Assembly: GCF_009914755.1 (NCBI RefSeq)
Contig: NC_060930.1
DNA length: 64,000 bases
Source of the DNA: the human T2T-CHM13v2.0 reference genome, Homo sapiens
Reading direction: 5' to 3' (one strand)
Of the stretch, positions 27,689-41,463 are shown piece after piece (the stretch's first letter is position 1; each line of letters starts with the position of its first letter). The notes below the pieces were generated by a model, which worked only from the letters and a program-made list of their open reading frames with translations, searched no databases and had not been told where the DNA came from. The position numbers and the translations under genes are program-made.

Positions 27689-30600
27689 GTATTAGCCATG
27701 CTCTTGTTTACTCTCTGCCAGGTTTTTTGCTAGGAGTTGGGATAGTAGAGCAGAGAGAAATAATGGTTAATAAGTTGGTTCTTGCCTTTGAAATACTCAT
27801 TCATTAGTTGAGAGAGACAAACACGTAAAGAAATAATCAGAAGAACTTTCAGCAGCATAATAGACTGAACTGACTTTACTGTGGGGTGTCTGACCTGGAT
27901 ACATACCTAAGACACGGAGGGCTGGAGTTTCAATTCTCAATTTAAGGGCAGAGATGTGACAGGCTTGCATTTGCTTCAGGCGAGAGCTAAGACTCTGATT
28001 AAGGGAAGCCTCCTCGAAGTCCTGCCCATAGATAAATCTGGAAATTGGGAAAAAAGACAAAACAATCACTTTGCCTATAAGGTCAGGAAAATAGGAAGGA
28101 GCTGTAAGCCCAGGGGATCTCTGTAGAGGCAGGAAATTCCCTATGAGAAATTGAAACTGAAAGCCTATGTGATCCAAATTTTTAGTACCCAGAGGATTTG
28201 GGAATCCTGGAGCTAAAAGCGAACATATTTTCCCCTCTCCAGGCCATTAGAGTCATTGGAATATTGATAGAAGCAAATAAAAAATCACTCTGTAAGGAGT
28301 GGAAAAGCATCCTGTTAAGTATAAACTCACAATGAAAAATCTCCAGATCACATGAAGAAATAGACTAGAATAAAGTCAGCAGATTCAACAAATGAAGAAC
28401 TAGAAATAAGATATAAATATAAAGGTTTCTATCAAATACATATGCTTACAATAAGAAAAGAAATAGAGAATAAATAGGAGCCACAGTGAAAAAGAAACCA
28501 CTATGAAAAACAACAGTAAAAAAAGACAGACTAGAAATGAAAAATATAGTCTTTGAAATTAAACACTAATTAAATAGCACAGTGGACACAGCCAAAGATA
28601 GAATTAATAAACTGGAAGATCAAAGAAAATCAGCCAGAATGAAGCCCTGAGAACTGAGATGAAAAATATGATATATTAGGTGACACAAAAGATAGTAAAA
28701 GGGGATAGTGTAAAGCAACTTCTCTGTCACTCCCTCAAGAGGTGGGATTTTTCCCCCCCTTGGAGAAGTTAAATCCAAAAGCATCTGGATTTAGGCACAT
28801 AATCATAGCTCCAAAATGAGGCACCCTGTCTGAAATATTTGGCTGACTGGGGTGTTATACTGAGAAGCTATTGAAGGGTGTGGAAAAAATTAGAGATCAG
28901 TTCAAAGAAGACTCAGGAAAAAAATTAAGTGATTACTAACTCCAGGAAAAATGAAAAGTTGTTTAAACTAGGAAGTGTAATCATAGAATTCCAAAGAACC
29001 ATTTTTAACAAAATTGAAATATGTAAAATTTGAATATTTTACAAAATATGATATACAAATGGAGGAGGAAAAGGGGAATGGGAAGGCTTAAGAGCGCTCA
29101 GTCTGCTACTATAATATACAGTTAATAGTATTGTAAATTAATGAATTAAGAGAGTATTATAAGCATACTATTTAGAAACTTGGAGTTAAATACCATACGG
29201 AATAGCTCAGGAAGAAAAAACAGTTGGAAATTGTTATGTCTGGGGAAGTGAGGAACAGGAGACTACTACTTTTAGCACTATTTAAATTTTTAACTACTTA
29301 CATATGTTTATTAGATAATGATAATTAAAATATATAAAGATTCATGCTAGTAAACTCAGGGTCTGAGTTTGTTAATCATAGACCCTCACTGAACAAAGGA
29401 ATCGCCTGCCATTCAGAAAGAAGAAAATTGAACCAAGAAGGAAGGAGTGAGATTGAAGAGGCAGATGTGAAGTTGATAAATATGTTTGTAAAAGTAAAAC
29501 AACATGAAACAATGATGGAATGTTTTCTAAAGGGGTGGGATTACAGACAAGGTAGAACTGAAAGCAAACCTAAGTAACAGAGAGGGGTGATCGGATTTCA
29601 GCATTCTGGGCTTGTTCAGGATATACTGGCCAGAAACATAAGAATATGTTAAAGTTGTAATGACAACTATTAAAAAAAAAAAACAGAAACAAAATATATA
29701 ACTTCCAAATTAGAGGAAAGGAAAAGAAAGAATAGAACCCCATCAGTCAGAGATCAAGAGGTGCAAAGACAAATAGAAAACCAAAATAATATGAAACAAA
29801 TGAGTCACAACAACTATAAATAGATTAAACTTCTCTGCTCAAAGTAGAAAAAAAACATGATGCACCAATGAAACAATAGGCAAATATTAACCGAAAGTAA
29901 ACCAAACTAGCATACCAATATTACTATTAAATAAAATAGATTTTAAAGCTAACAACATTATTAAAGATAAGGAAAATTGTTACTTAATGGTACTCGTTAA
30001 TACTTAATTACGTATCCATTAATACTTAGTGGTAAATGATTATAGATAAATAATTATGTATTAATACTTAATGGTAAATGATTAATACTTAATGATTTCC
30101 TTAATAATGATAAAGGGAATATTTCATAGGAAGATGTAAAAATTTAACAAAATAGTCTCCAAATATGAAATGCATAAATGATTAAAATTACGAGGGAAAA
30201 CTAATCCAAAATTATAAATGAATTTTTTTAAGACACATTTTTTCACAGTAACTTATACATTAGTTAACTTAGTAATTTTATTGGAGATTTGAACAACTCA
30301 AACTATTAATATACAAAGTATTTTCTCTAAAATGCAATAAAGCTATATATGTGTCAAAGATATTGCTTAAAACATATGTTTGGAATTAAATAAATACCTA
30401 AGAAATTCGTACATCAAAAGTAAATCATTTCTAAATATGAAATATTTTGAACTGAACAATAATTTAAAACTACTTACAAAATACATGAGATTTGCAAATA
30501 GTACTTTGAGGGAAATGTGTAGCCTTGCATGTATGTGTTAGGAAATAGATAATATTTAAAGTGAATTAGCCATGCCGTCAACTCAATAAATATGAAAAGA

Positions 30601-31311
30601 TACAGCAGCACTATCCCAAAGACTGAAAAAAGAAATTATAGAAATAAGAGGTGAAATTCATGGAAAGAAAATCCAAGATACAATGGACAGTCAAAAATCA
30701 AAGAAAACAAAAACTTTCTTGTTTTGAAAATGTTAATAAAATAGGCAAATCTCTGGCAAGAGGCATCAAAAACAAAACAAAAGAAGGCACAAACAGACTA
30801 TTAGAAGGACACAGTTAACAGATAATTTTAAAATAACTGAAGGAAATATTATGATCAACTTCATGCAAGTAAATTGGAACACTTAAATAAAATGGAAAAT
30901 TTTCTAGATAAACTATAAACTACCAATATTGACTGAAGAAGCACTAGAAAATAAATCACTACAATCACTGAAGAAATCAGATCTATAGTAAAAATCAATT
31001 AGGCTGATGAGTTTTAATAAACATTTAAGAAGGGTTACTCTTAACTTATTTAAGCTATTCCAGAGACTAAATATGTGACCTCTATTTTATATAAACTTTT
31101 CAAGACAATAGAAAGAGAAGGAATGTTCAACAAATCTTTTTATTAGAGTGATACAACCCTTGATCTAAAAACTGGAGAAGGACCATATAAGAGAGAAAAC
31201 ATACAGATCAATCTAATTTATGAACGTAAATTAAATGCAGAAATTCTAAATATAATATTTTAACCCAAGCCAGCAAACTATTTGATAACTTTTTAAAATT
31301 TATAAATGTAT

Positions 31312-31849
<538 letters not shown>

Positions 31850-31909
31850 GGGGGATGGGGAGGAGAGAGTCTTTTTATTCTTCTGCCTGCCATTTTTTCT
31901 AGTTTTATT

Positions 31910-32452
<543 letters not shown>

Positions 32453-32763
32453 TCAGGACTTATACATAAAAATATATTTAAAATATTCAATATAACTCAG
32501 TCCACTGGTACATCACGAAAGTAGCTTTATAAATCAGTATAGGAAAAATCAACTGCGCAATATGCAGTACTCAGGAAAAAAATTATTCTCCATATTGTAA
32601 AAAATAAATTGGCTTCCTGGCTCACATCATATATAAAAACAAATTCCAGATGGATTAACAACCTAAATATGTAAAGCAAAGCCTTGAAACTTTAAAAAGA
32701 GAATATAGGTGAAGATTGCATAACCTCATCATAGAAAAGAATTTATTTAAAAGTCCAAAAATA

Positions 32764-33069
32764 GGCTAGGCACAGTGGCTCATGCCTGTAATCTCAGCAC
32801 TTTGGGAGGCTGAGGCAGAAGAATCCCTTGAGCTCAGGGATTTAGAGACCAGCCTGGACAACATAGTGAGATCTCATGTCTACTTAAAGAAAAATTAGCC
32901 AGGCATGGTGGTGCACACCTCTGGTCCCCACTTACTCAAGAGGCTGAGGCAAGAGGTTGTCTGAACCCTGGAGTTCAGGGCTGCTATGAGCTATGATATT
33001 GCCACTGCACTCTGGCCTGGGCGACACAGCAAGACCTGGTCAAAAAAAAAAAAAAAGAAAAGAAAAAGT
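32764..33069 (+). mobile_element. AluJ
   Basis: Diverged dimeric Alu with cttgagctcagg and gagctatgatattgccactgcactc. Confidence 0.9.
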
Positions 33070-33746
33070 AAAAGTCCCAAGGCAGTGCAAAACATCAAGT
33101 CAACAATTGGTAAGTTTAAATTTAAAAAAATCTTTATATGACAAAGGACTCACAAACAAAATTATGACTGAAAGACTGGTACTACACATAAAGCCAAAAA
33201 CAGTGGTTATACTAGAAGAAAAAAGAGTCTATATAAATCAATGAGAAAAAAAAATCAATAAACAAGTGGACAAAATATGAGCAAGTAATTTGTAGACACA
33301 GAAACCTGAATACCTAAAAGGTAATCAAGATATAGCAATTAAATAACCCAGCATTCTGAAAACCCAAATGAAATAATGGTAGTACCAAGTAATGATGAAG
33401 TGGAAAGAGAAACTTTCATACACTGTTGATGAGAGGGTAATTGTTAACGATCACTTTAAGAGCTATCTGTCAATATCTAATTAAGCTAAAGTTGCACGTA
33501 CCCCATGACACAGCAGTTCTACTTATATTCTTTAGAGAAACCTTTGCACAAGGGTACAAAAGAGAATTGATTAGGATGCTCACTGGAGGATTGTCATTGA
33601 CAAAAATTTACATACCAACTAAATAACCCTCTGTAAGGGTTGAAGAATCTTGTGATAGAATCATCTATTGGAATACTAATGCAACAGGAAATATGAATGA
33701 ACTAGGTTTACATGAACCAACATGCAATAATCTTAAAATACGTTGA

Positions 33747-34046
33747 GGCCGGGCATGGTGGCTCACGCCTGTAATCCCAGCACTTTGGGAGGCCAGGGTG
33801 GGTGGATCACGAGATCAGGAGTTCAAGACCAGCCTGGCCAAGATGGTGAAACCCTGTCTCTACTAACAAAATACAAAAATTAGCCGGGCGTGGTGGCAGG
33901 CCCCTGTAATTCCAGCTACTCAGGAGGCTGAGACAGAGAATTTTTTGAATCCAGGAGGCGGAGGTTGCAGAGAGCTGAGACGGCGCCACTGCACTCCAGC
34001 CTGGGTGACAGAGTGAGACTCTGTCTCAGAAAAGAAAAAACAAAAA
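33747..34046 (+). mobile_element. AluS (Sg-like)
   Basis: Full dimeric Alu with A-rich tail. Confidence 0.93.
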
Positions 34047-34699
34047 CATAGTGTTGCATTAAATATAGAATGTTACAAATGATTCTTAAAGTGTGATACC
34101 AAGTATGGACATTGGAAGCCTATAAAGCAATATTTTATATTAATGCTCGCAAATGCATACCTATATGGTAAAAGTTCAACAGGACACACAAACATTAACT
34201 TCGGGGTAGTAGTCGCCTCCAGGAAAAGGTGTGGGAAAAGGGAGCATCCGTGATGTTTGGCTATATCTGTAATTTGTATTCCTTTACATTATTTTTGAAA
34301 CACTAAAGCAGCTAGGACTCCATGTTAACATTTCTAAACCTAAATAATGCCCAGGTGGAAAGTATTATATTCATCATTTTTTGTCTTGTATTTGAAATAT
34401 TTCATGAAGAAAAACTTAAATACTTACAGGATGTTACAATAAATGTTCAGTTAGCAGTAAGTTCCAAGGTGGCACAAAGGACTGAGCAGGGAACTCTGTT
34501 GGTCAGGGTGTACTGCAGGTGTCTTCCAAAATGGCACCCTCACTGCTATGATCAGAAGAACAAGAAAGAGGCTCCAGAAAGATATGAAGAAAGGGCATGT
34601 GGGAATCCACGACAAGGCATGGTGTTGTTGAGGAACTGTAAGTCATCTGGAGCAGCTAAGCTTGAAGCGGTGGCAGGTACCAAAGTTGCCGGATGACCC

Positions 34700-34975
34700 T
34701 GTGCTGTGGCTCACACCTGGAATCCCAGCACTTTGGGAGGCCAAGGCCAGAGGATCCCTTGAGCCCAGGAGTTCAAGACTAGCCTGGGCAACATCGTGAG
34801 ACCCCGTCTCTATAAAAAATTTAAAACTTAGCTAGGTGTGGTGGTGCACATCTGTGGTCCCAGCTACACAGGAGGCTGAGGTGAGAGGATCTCTCGAGCT
34901 CAGGAGGTCCAGGCTGCAGTGAGACATGATTGCACCACTGCACTCCAGCCTCAGCGACAGAGTCTCCAAAAAAAG
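34700..34975 (+). mobile_element. AluJ
   Basis: gaggatcccttgagcccaggagttcaagactagcctgggcaac. Confidence 0.9.
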
Positions 34976-35136
34976 AGTAGGGGAGAGAGAGACAAAGAGA
35001 GAGTGGGAGGGGGAGAAAGAGAAGAGAGGGAAGGAGGGAAGGGAGGAAGGAAGGAAGGAAGGAAGGAAGGAAGGAAGGAAGGGGGGAGGGAGGGAGGAAG
35101 GGGAAGGAAGGAAGGAAGGAAGGAAGGAGAGAAAAA
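34976..35136 (+). repeat. Polypurine (GA/GGAA) microsatellite at Alu tail
   Basis: (GGAA)9 at 35045-35080 and (GGAA)6 at 35102-35125; purine-only from 35005 to 35136. Confidence 0.95.
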
Positions 35137-38019
35137 CAAAGGTGGTGGAAGATGCAGCTATAGAGGAAGATTAAGCCTGTCTTGGCTGCAGGTCACCATT
35201 TGTTACCTTAGAAAGGTAAATGCTCACAGCAAGCTCTCACTTCAATCTAGAGTGTCATTTTTCCTCTTCCAACAAGGTTATTTATGTTTCTTTCTTCCCC
35301 AAGATAATCTTCCAGTTGCAATTTAGCATCTATTAGAGTCAAAGAATTACATTTTTGGAAAGGCCTTAGCAATCTTCTGCTAGTCCAATGCCCTCATTTT
35401 GGCAACCGAAGAATGTATTGATCACTTTGAGGATTAACCCCTCTGAAAGGTTTTGTCTTTGTAATCAAAGCTAACTTAATTGGCTTTCTGGAATCATTGA
35501 TTCCTAGGAAAGGTTTATGATGGAATCAGGGGATAGACTGTGTCAGAAGTGGTTCCATTGGTAGAAAATGTCATGCAAGTAATGTTGTGATAAATAAAGA
35601 CAGGTGTTTAATAAATTACAAATGATGTTGATGGATTTTTAGTTGTGAAAATCAATAATGAAAGAGGTTGTTACTTTAATTCATTTTCTAAAGAATGAAA
35701 TGAGGATGCCATCTCATCCCACTCTCAGCTTTCGAGTATTTTTTCATCATAAATAAGAGAAAAATTGGGAAGAAAAATTAATAAGTCTTGGCACTGTATT
35801 CGGAGGAAGTGACCAAAAGATAGTGCAGAGGGTTCAAGTGCAGAGAAGAAAGGGTGACCTTGAAAGGAGGATGGTTTTCACACGAGGACAGTGCAAATGG
35901 TTTGGGGCTGGACTTGACATTGAGCATATGACTACAGATTCCAACTCTAGTTTTTTCATTGTCCTCTCCCCACCATGACCTGCAACAGCCCAGAAGTCTT
36001 TCTCAAGGCTTCTCTGTAGCATTCTGAAATTCAGTTTCTCCCAGAAAAGGTCAATCTCTCCCTTTTCTTGATTCAGTGCCACCTCTCAACAGAAACCTGA
36101 CAGCCTAGAAAGTGACATCCAATAAATAGTGTGCCCCCCACTTTGGGGAAGCACTGTCTTGTTTCTGGTCTTCTCTCCTCCTTCTCACTTTGGTGTGAAA
36201 GCTTTGTGTTTCCTAATCCTCCTGATCATGCTTGAGTGATAGGTAGATTTTAACAGAATATCCATGAGGAATTTCCCTAATTTCTAAGGCTGTCATCACT
36301 GGAAGTTTCAGTCTGGGTGACTGACAAGTGATTACCGCGGGTAGCAATATGGATAGTAGTATCAACCTGGATTCAAATTGATTTGGATTTGAACTGTGAA
36401 GATTTTGTTGACTCGTTCATTCCTCCCCGCAATACTTGGTGCTCTAAACAGTTCTCAGCAGTCTCTTTATGTTACCAAGCATATGCTGGTATTTACAATT
36501 AACACTGAACTATGCATTTACAAGGAATGAGCCCTTCCTTCATGAGTCACCTGTCTTTTCCCTCTTTTATAAAGTTTGAGCTAAGATCATTTTGGAGAGC
36601 ACAGTGGCACATTGCTCATTTGTTTCAGCAAACAACACTCTGTCTCAGGTAAAGGCAAAAATGCCTGCTCTATTAGCTCAGCTATCCTATTTCTTTCACG
36701 GCCTGGCAAAATGTCAATATATACTATAAAGCATTATATACATGTCCACTTTTTTTTGGTTAGCAGTTACAAATATTTATTCACAGGAAAATGTCTCAGC
36801 TCTATTTTTTTTATTTCAGTACTCTGCATGGAAATACCTATCTCTCTCATTATTTATTTGTTAACAAAACGTAGGAAAAATTTTAGGAGAAAGCATTTCC
36901 TATGATTATCATGTGTCTTCTATATTACCCTCAGGCTTATATTTCCTCAGGCTTAAAAGCACCATGAGGAAAAGGCCAAACTCTTTCTCTGTTGGAAAAT
37001 ATACATAAGATCGAAGCAGTGTGATCTATTGGTTGATCATGTGCAACTGTCAAAAACCAAACTTGGCTGTACCAATGCCTGCCTCGAGAGTCAACTCTAA
37101 ATGAATGTAATGATGGGTAATTGTTCCCAAACTGTGTATAAAGTGTTCTAAACAGTTCCCAGTTGTCTTAATATGCACCATTTAAGAAAAATTAGCTAAT
37201 CTGAATATGCAAATATGATAATATGCCCTCTATGGGCTCATGAATGTATTAACAGAAAAGCTTGAGGAGTTATGCCGGTAAGTCACATGCATTAATGCCC
37301 TGAAGTATGTCTGAGAACTTAAACTTTTGAACATCAGGTTTAGGTAATGGAGCAGTGTCTATATATTTACCTTGCATGCAAAACAAGTGTGTTTCATTTT
37401 TAAGGTAAATTTGAGATTAGGATTTAGTTAAGTGGAAATGATAGGGCTTCTTTGCCTTTAAGAAATGGACAGATTTGAAGGTTTATCTTCATGAAATCAG
37501 AGGATTTTAACCTGAGAGTTCAGGTCTCCCTGATATATTGCCAATTTGGGAAAAGAAAGAGAAAGGGGACTTAAAAAAGAGAAACTGGAAGAAGGACTTC
37601 ACATAGTTAAAATTTTTGCAAGATTCCTTTAAACTATTTCTGTGCATTAGACTTGGTAAAATATAAATATATGTTGATTTATTATCTATAGAGTCAGAAT
37701 GTTTCATTCATTTTTTATCATAACTCAGACTTTCTCTAAGGATTGATTCTTTTTGTCAAAATTTAATAATTCTGTTTTTTCACCTGCTGACTGCCAAGAA
37801 AAATAGCATGTTTTAAAATACTTTTAAAAATAAATTACAAGATTTGAGATAGAGTATTTGTTTCAGTACTTTAAAAATAATCTATAAATTGAAAAGATAG
37901 ATTTACTTCCAGTGTAAATAGATAGATGGATAGATAGATCCTTCATCTTTAGGAAGTCTTCCAGGAATTTTTTTTTCTAGAGTGCATTGGAAAGATATTT
38001 TTGCCTTCATTACTGCTTC

Positions 38020-38386
38020 TTTTAAAAAATTTTTTAATAGATTTAGGAAGTATAAGTGTCATTTTTTATTACATGGATATATTATGGAGAGGTGAAGCCT
38101 GGCCTTTGAGTGTAGCCATCACCCTAAGAGTACATAGTACCCACTAAATAACTTCTCATTTCTCACTCCCACATCCTCCCACCCTTCTGAGTCTCTAGTG
38201 TCTATCATTCCACTCTCTATGTCCATGTCCACGGGTACCCACTGTTGAGCTCCTACTTATAAGTGAGAACATGTGGTATTTGACTTTCTGTCTCTGAGTT
38301 GTTTCACTTAAGAGAATGGCCTGTGGTTCCATCCAGGTTGCTGCAAAAGACATGATTTCATTCTTTTTTTATGGCTCAGTAGTATT

Positions 38387-38459
<73 letters not shown>

Positions 38460-39005
38460 CACATTTTCTTTATCCAGTCATCTGTTGATGAACATTTAGG
38501 TTGATTCCATATCTTTGCTATTGTGAATAGTGCTGTAATAAACATATGGGTGCAGGTATCTTTTTAATATAATGATTTATTTTCCTTTGTGTATACACTC
38601 AGTAGTAGGATTGCTGGATTGAATGGTAGATCTATTTTTAGTTCCTTAAGACAACTCCATCTGTTTTCCATAGAGGTTGTATTAATTTACATTCCCATCA
38701 ACAGGGTATAAGTACTCCCTTTTCTCTGCATCCTCACCAACAATCTGTTAATTTTTTTACTTTTTCATATTAATAATAGCCATTCTGACTGGTGTGAGAT
38801 GGTATCTTACTATGATTTTAGTTAGCATTTCTCTGATTAGTGAAGTTGAGCATTTTTCATATCTTTGTTGGCCCTTTGTATGTTTTCTTTTGCAAAATGT
38901 CTGTTTGTGTCCTTTGCCCAATTTTTAATGGGCTTATTTGTATTTTGTCGTTGTTATTGTTATTTGAGTTCTTTGTAGATTCTGAATATTAGTTCTTTGT
39001 CAATA
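38020..39005 (-). mobile_element. L1MA-type 3' fragment containing a (TA)n expansion (38388-38459)
   Basis: ctcctacttataagtgagaacatgtggtatttgactttctg...ccatccaggttgctgcaaaagacatgatttcattc. Confidence 0.85.
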
Positions 39006-39014
39006 TATCCTCTT

Positions 39015-39180
39015 GTTTAAATTTTACTTTAAGTTATGGGATACATGTGCAGAACATGCAGGTTTGTTACATAGGTATACATGTGCAATGGTGGTTTGCT
39101 GCACCTATCAACCTCTCATCTAGGTTTTAAGCCCCACATGCATTAGATATTTGTCCTAATGCTCTCCCTCCCCTTGCCTC
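39015..39180 (-). mobile_element. Short L1PA-type 3' end
   Basis: atacatgtgcagaacatgcaggtttgttacataggtatacatgtgc...ctaggttttaagccccacatgcattag. Confidence 0.85.
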
Positions 39181-40859
39181 TTTCTTATGTGCAAAGTTCT
39201 GGACGGCAGCATGATATGTTGGAGAGTGGATATGTCTGGCCTGCGTTCACTTCAGATCTGGGCTTTGGCACATCTGTGCAATATAGCTTTGTGCAACTTC
39301 CTCTCGCCAGCTTTTTCCTTATAAGGGAAACACCTCAAACCTTGTAACCATTGTAAGCATTAAGTGATAAAATTTGTGGTTAAAAATATAAAATCTATGT
39401 AAAATATACAATGCTATATAACATTTGCTTGTAATATATATTTAATATATTTCTTATTCTTTAAATATATTTTACAAATGAATATCTTTAAATTTTTTAT
39501 TAATAAAAAGCCCAGCGGTTTCTCAGATACACCAGAAGCTCACTAAATGATACATCCTTTACATCCTTCCCCTTCTTCCCTGCTAGTGGTCTTTCTTTCC
39601 CTGCAAACTCATTGCTATGAACCTGAATGGGTTTTTAAAATCTCTCTCTCTCTTTTTTCTTTTTTTTTTTTTTAGACAAGTTCTCACCGTTGCCTAGGCT
39701 GACCTTGAACTTAGACTATCTCTCTATGGAGTATGGAGTATATAGAGTATATACATATACTGTCTCTATACATACAGTATATATGTCTCTATATATATAT
39801 CCACATGCATCCATACAACATACATACAACATTCACATATTGCTGTCCTACCCTTAAGCTCCCTTTATATGAGCTCTCTTTAGACTCCTCTTAGCTTTTG
39901 ATTTACCCTTTGATTCTTGCAGACAACATTGCTTTTACATGTAAAATGGCTACAAACTGTTATATTAATTTGTGTGGATATAATATGAATCACAGAGGAA
40001 AAGCTCTATTGAAATATAATGTATAAATATAAATATCCTTTCTCTTCAGCATGGCTTCTGTACTGTAAAAATTGGTTTGGAAGCTCAGGGATCACAGGAC
40101 CCTGGAGTGCCGGAATCAAGATACAACCTGCCTTGTTAGAAGTAGAGGTGTTCCTTTGATCATTCACTTCACAAGTCTTAGAGCATATTCCATTGTTTTC
40201 CTCGGTGAATTCGACGTCATATTTCCCATGGAAGAAATCAATTGTATGTCCCACTTTAATACACCAGTGACATCCACTTAAAATCTTCCCAGAGCTGACT
40301 ACCTACAACTCCCTGCCCCACCCCACCCCCCACAATTATGTTGCATGTGTAACTAAAGTTCTCACACTTGGAAAAAGGGCCACTCCACTCTCTATTTCTC
40401 ACCAATGTTACATTATCCTATTACCTTGTTCCAGCACCTGCTCAGTGCAAACAATTAGGATTCTGTCCTAAAGGCCAATTATCATTAGCTGATGGTGAGC
40501 TTTTGTTAAACGGCCCTGAGGGACTCACCACAATGTAGATACAATCCCAGCCCTAAAAGGATCACATCAGCCAGTACACAACTACAGTGTGTTTTAAAGA
40601 TTAAAAGAGCAGGATCTGCCAATACAGATGATAGATAAGAACGTATGCATCCTATTTTTATCCCTGTTCTATTTACTACCAGCAGCGATGCTCGGCATGG
40701 CAGCCAAGGTTTCTGTGTCCTGTGCCTGTAGTCCGATAACCTTTCTTGGTTGTGTTTTATGATGCCATATGCTCTATCCTAAAATAGTGCTGAGGGTCCT
40801 CTGAAGAAAAACTACCTAGCCGCTTTCTGAATGTCAGTGGAATGTTTAGAGACAGTAAG

Positions 40860-41030
40860 GTGAGCTTTGCTGTAAACTCATTTTGACTCAGAGTTCTACT
40901 TGGCCAAATGCTAATTGTGTGACCTGGGAAATTCATTTAATCTCACCGATCTTCTGTTTTGTGAAGTACAAAAAATGGAAATACTGCTTCTATCTTATGA
41001 TGTTAGTATGATATTTAAATAAGGTGATAC
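40860..41030 (+). mobile_element. MIR SINE
   Basis: aattgtgtgacctgggaaattcatttaatctc...aaaatggaaatactgcttctatcttat. Confidence 0.6.
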
Positions 41031-41147
41031 ATACACACCTTATATTAAATAAGGTGATATATACACAACTTATATTAAATAAGGTGATACATACACAACT
41101 TATATTAAATAAGGTGATATATGATACACACACACACACACACACAC
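41011..41147. repeat. 30-bp tandem repeat (3.7 copies) followed by (CA)n
   Basis: tatattaaataaggtgatayatacacaact units start at 41011, 41041, 41071 and 41101. Confidence 0.95.
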
Positions 41148-41155
41148 TTCTCATT

Positions 41156-41463
41156 GTTTTATTAGTCTCGATAGGCTAGATCGTGTTGCAGTGAAAACAA
41201 CTCCCAAATTTCAGCAGCATGACACAACACAAGTTCATGTCTCATAGTACAGGACTGCTGTGGGTCGTTAGATAAGCTGAGCTCATCACTGCGTCACTTC
41301 AGAACCCAAAGGGAAGCCATAGCTGCTATCTTGAACTTCAGTTATCTTTTATAGGTCAGAATGGCCCCACTCACAAAGGGTTCTGGCTGTGCCAACTGCA
41401 ATCCTACCATGTGCCTGAAGACAGCAAGTCAGAAATATTTGGAGGGCACTAGTAATGTCTACA
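41156..41463 (-). mobile_element. Old MaLR LTR (MLT1J/K/L-like)
   Basis: attagtctcgataggctagatcgtgttgcagtgaaaacaactcccaaatttcag; end agaaatatttgg...taatgtctaca. Confidence 0.55.

Noticed and set aside
34919-35326. EGRK-repeat ORFs
   Set aside because: Translation of the GGAA microsatellite and Alu tail
38632-38641. Perfect MEF2 site CTATTTTTAG
   Set aside because: Lies inside L1MA sequence where this is a common feature; no independent support. I could not locate any known GWAS variant flank in the window
41011-41122. CRISPR-like array (30-bp repeats; also 29978-30100)
   Set aside because: Head-to-tail tandem units without unique spacers, no cas genes, primate DNA
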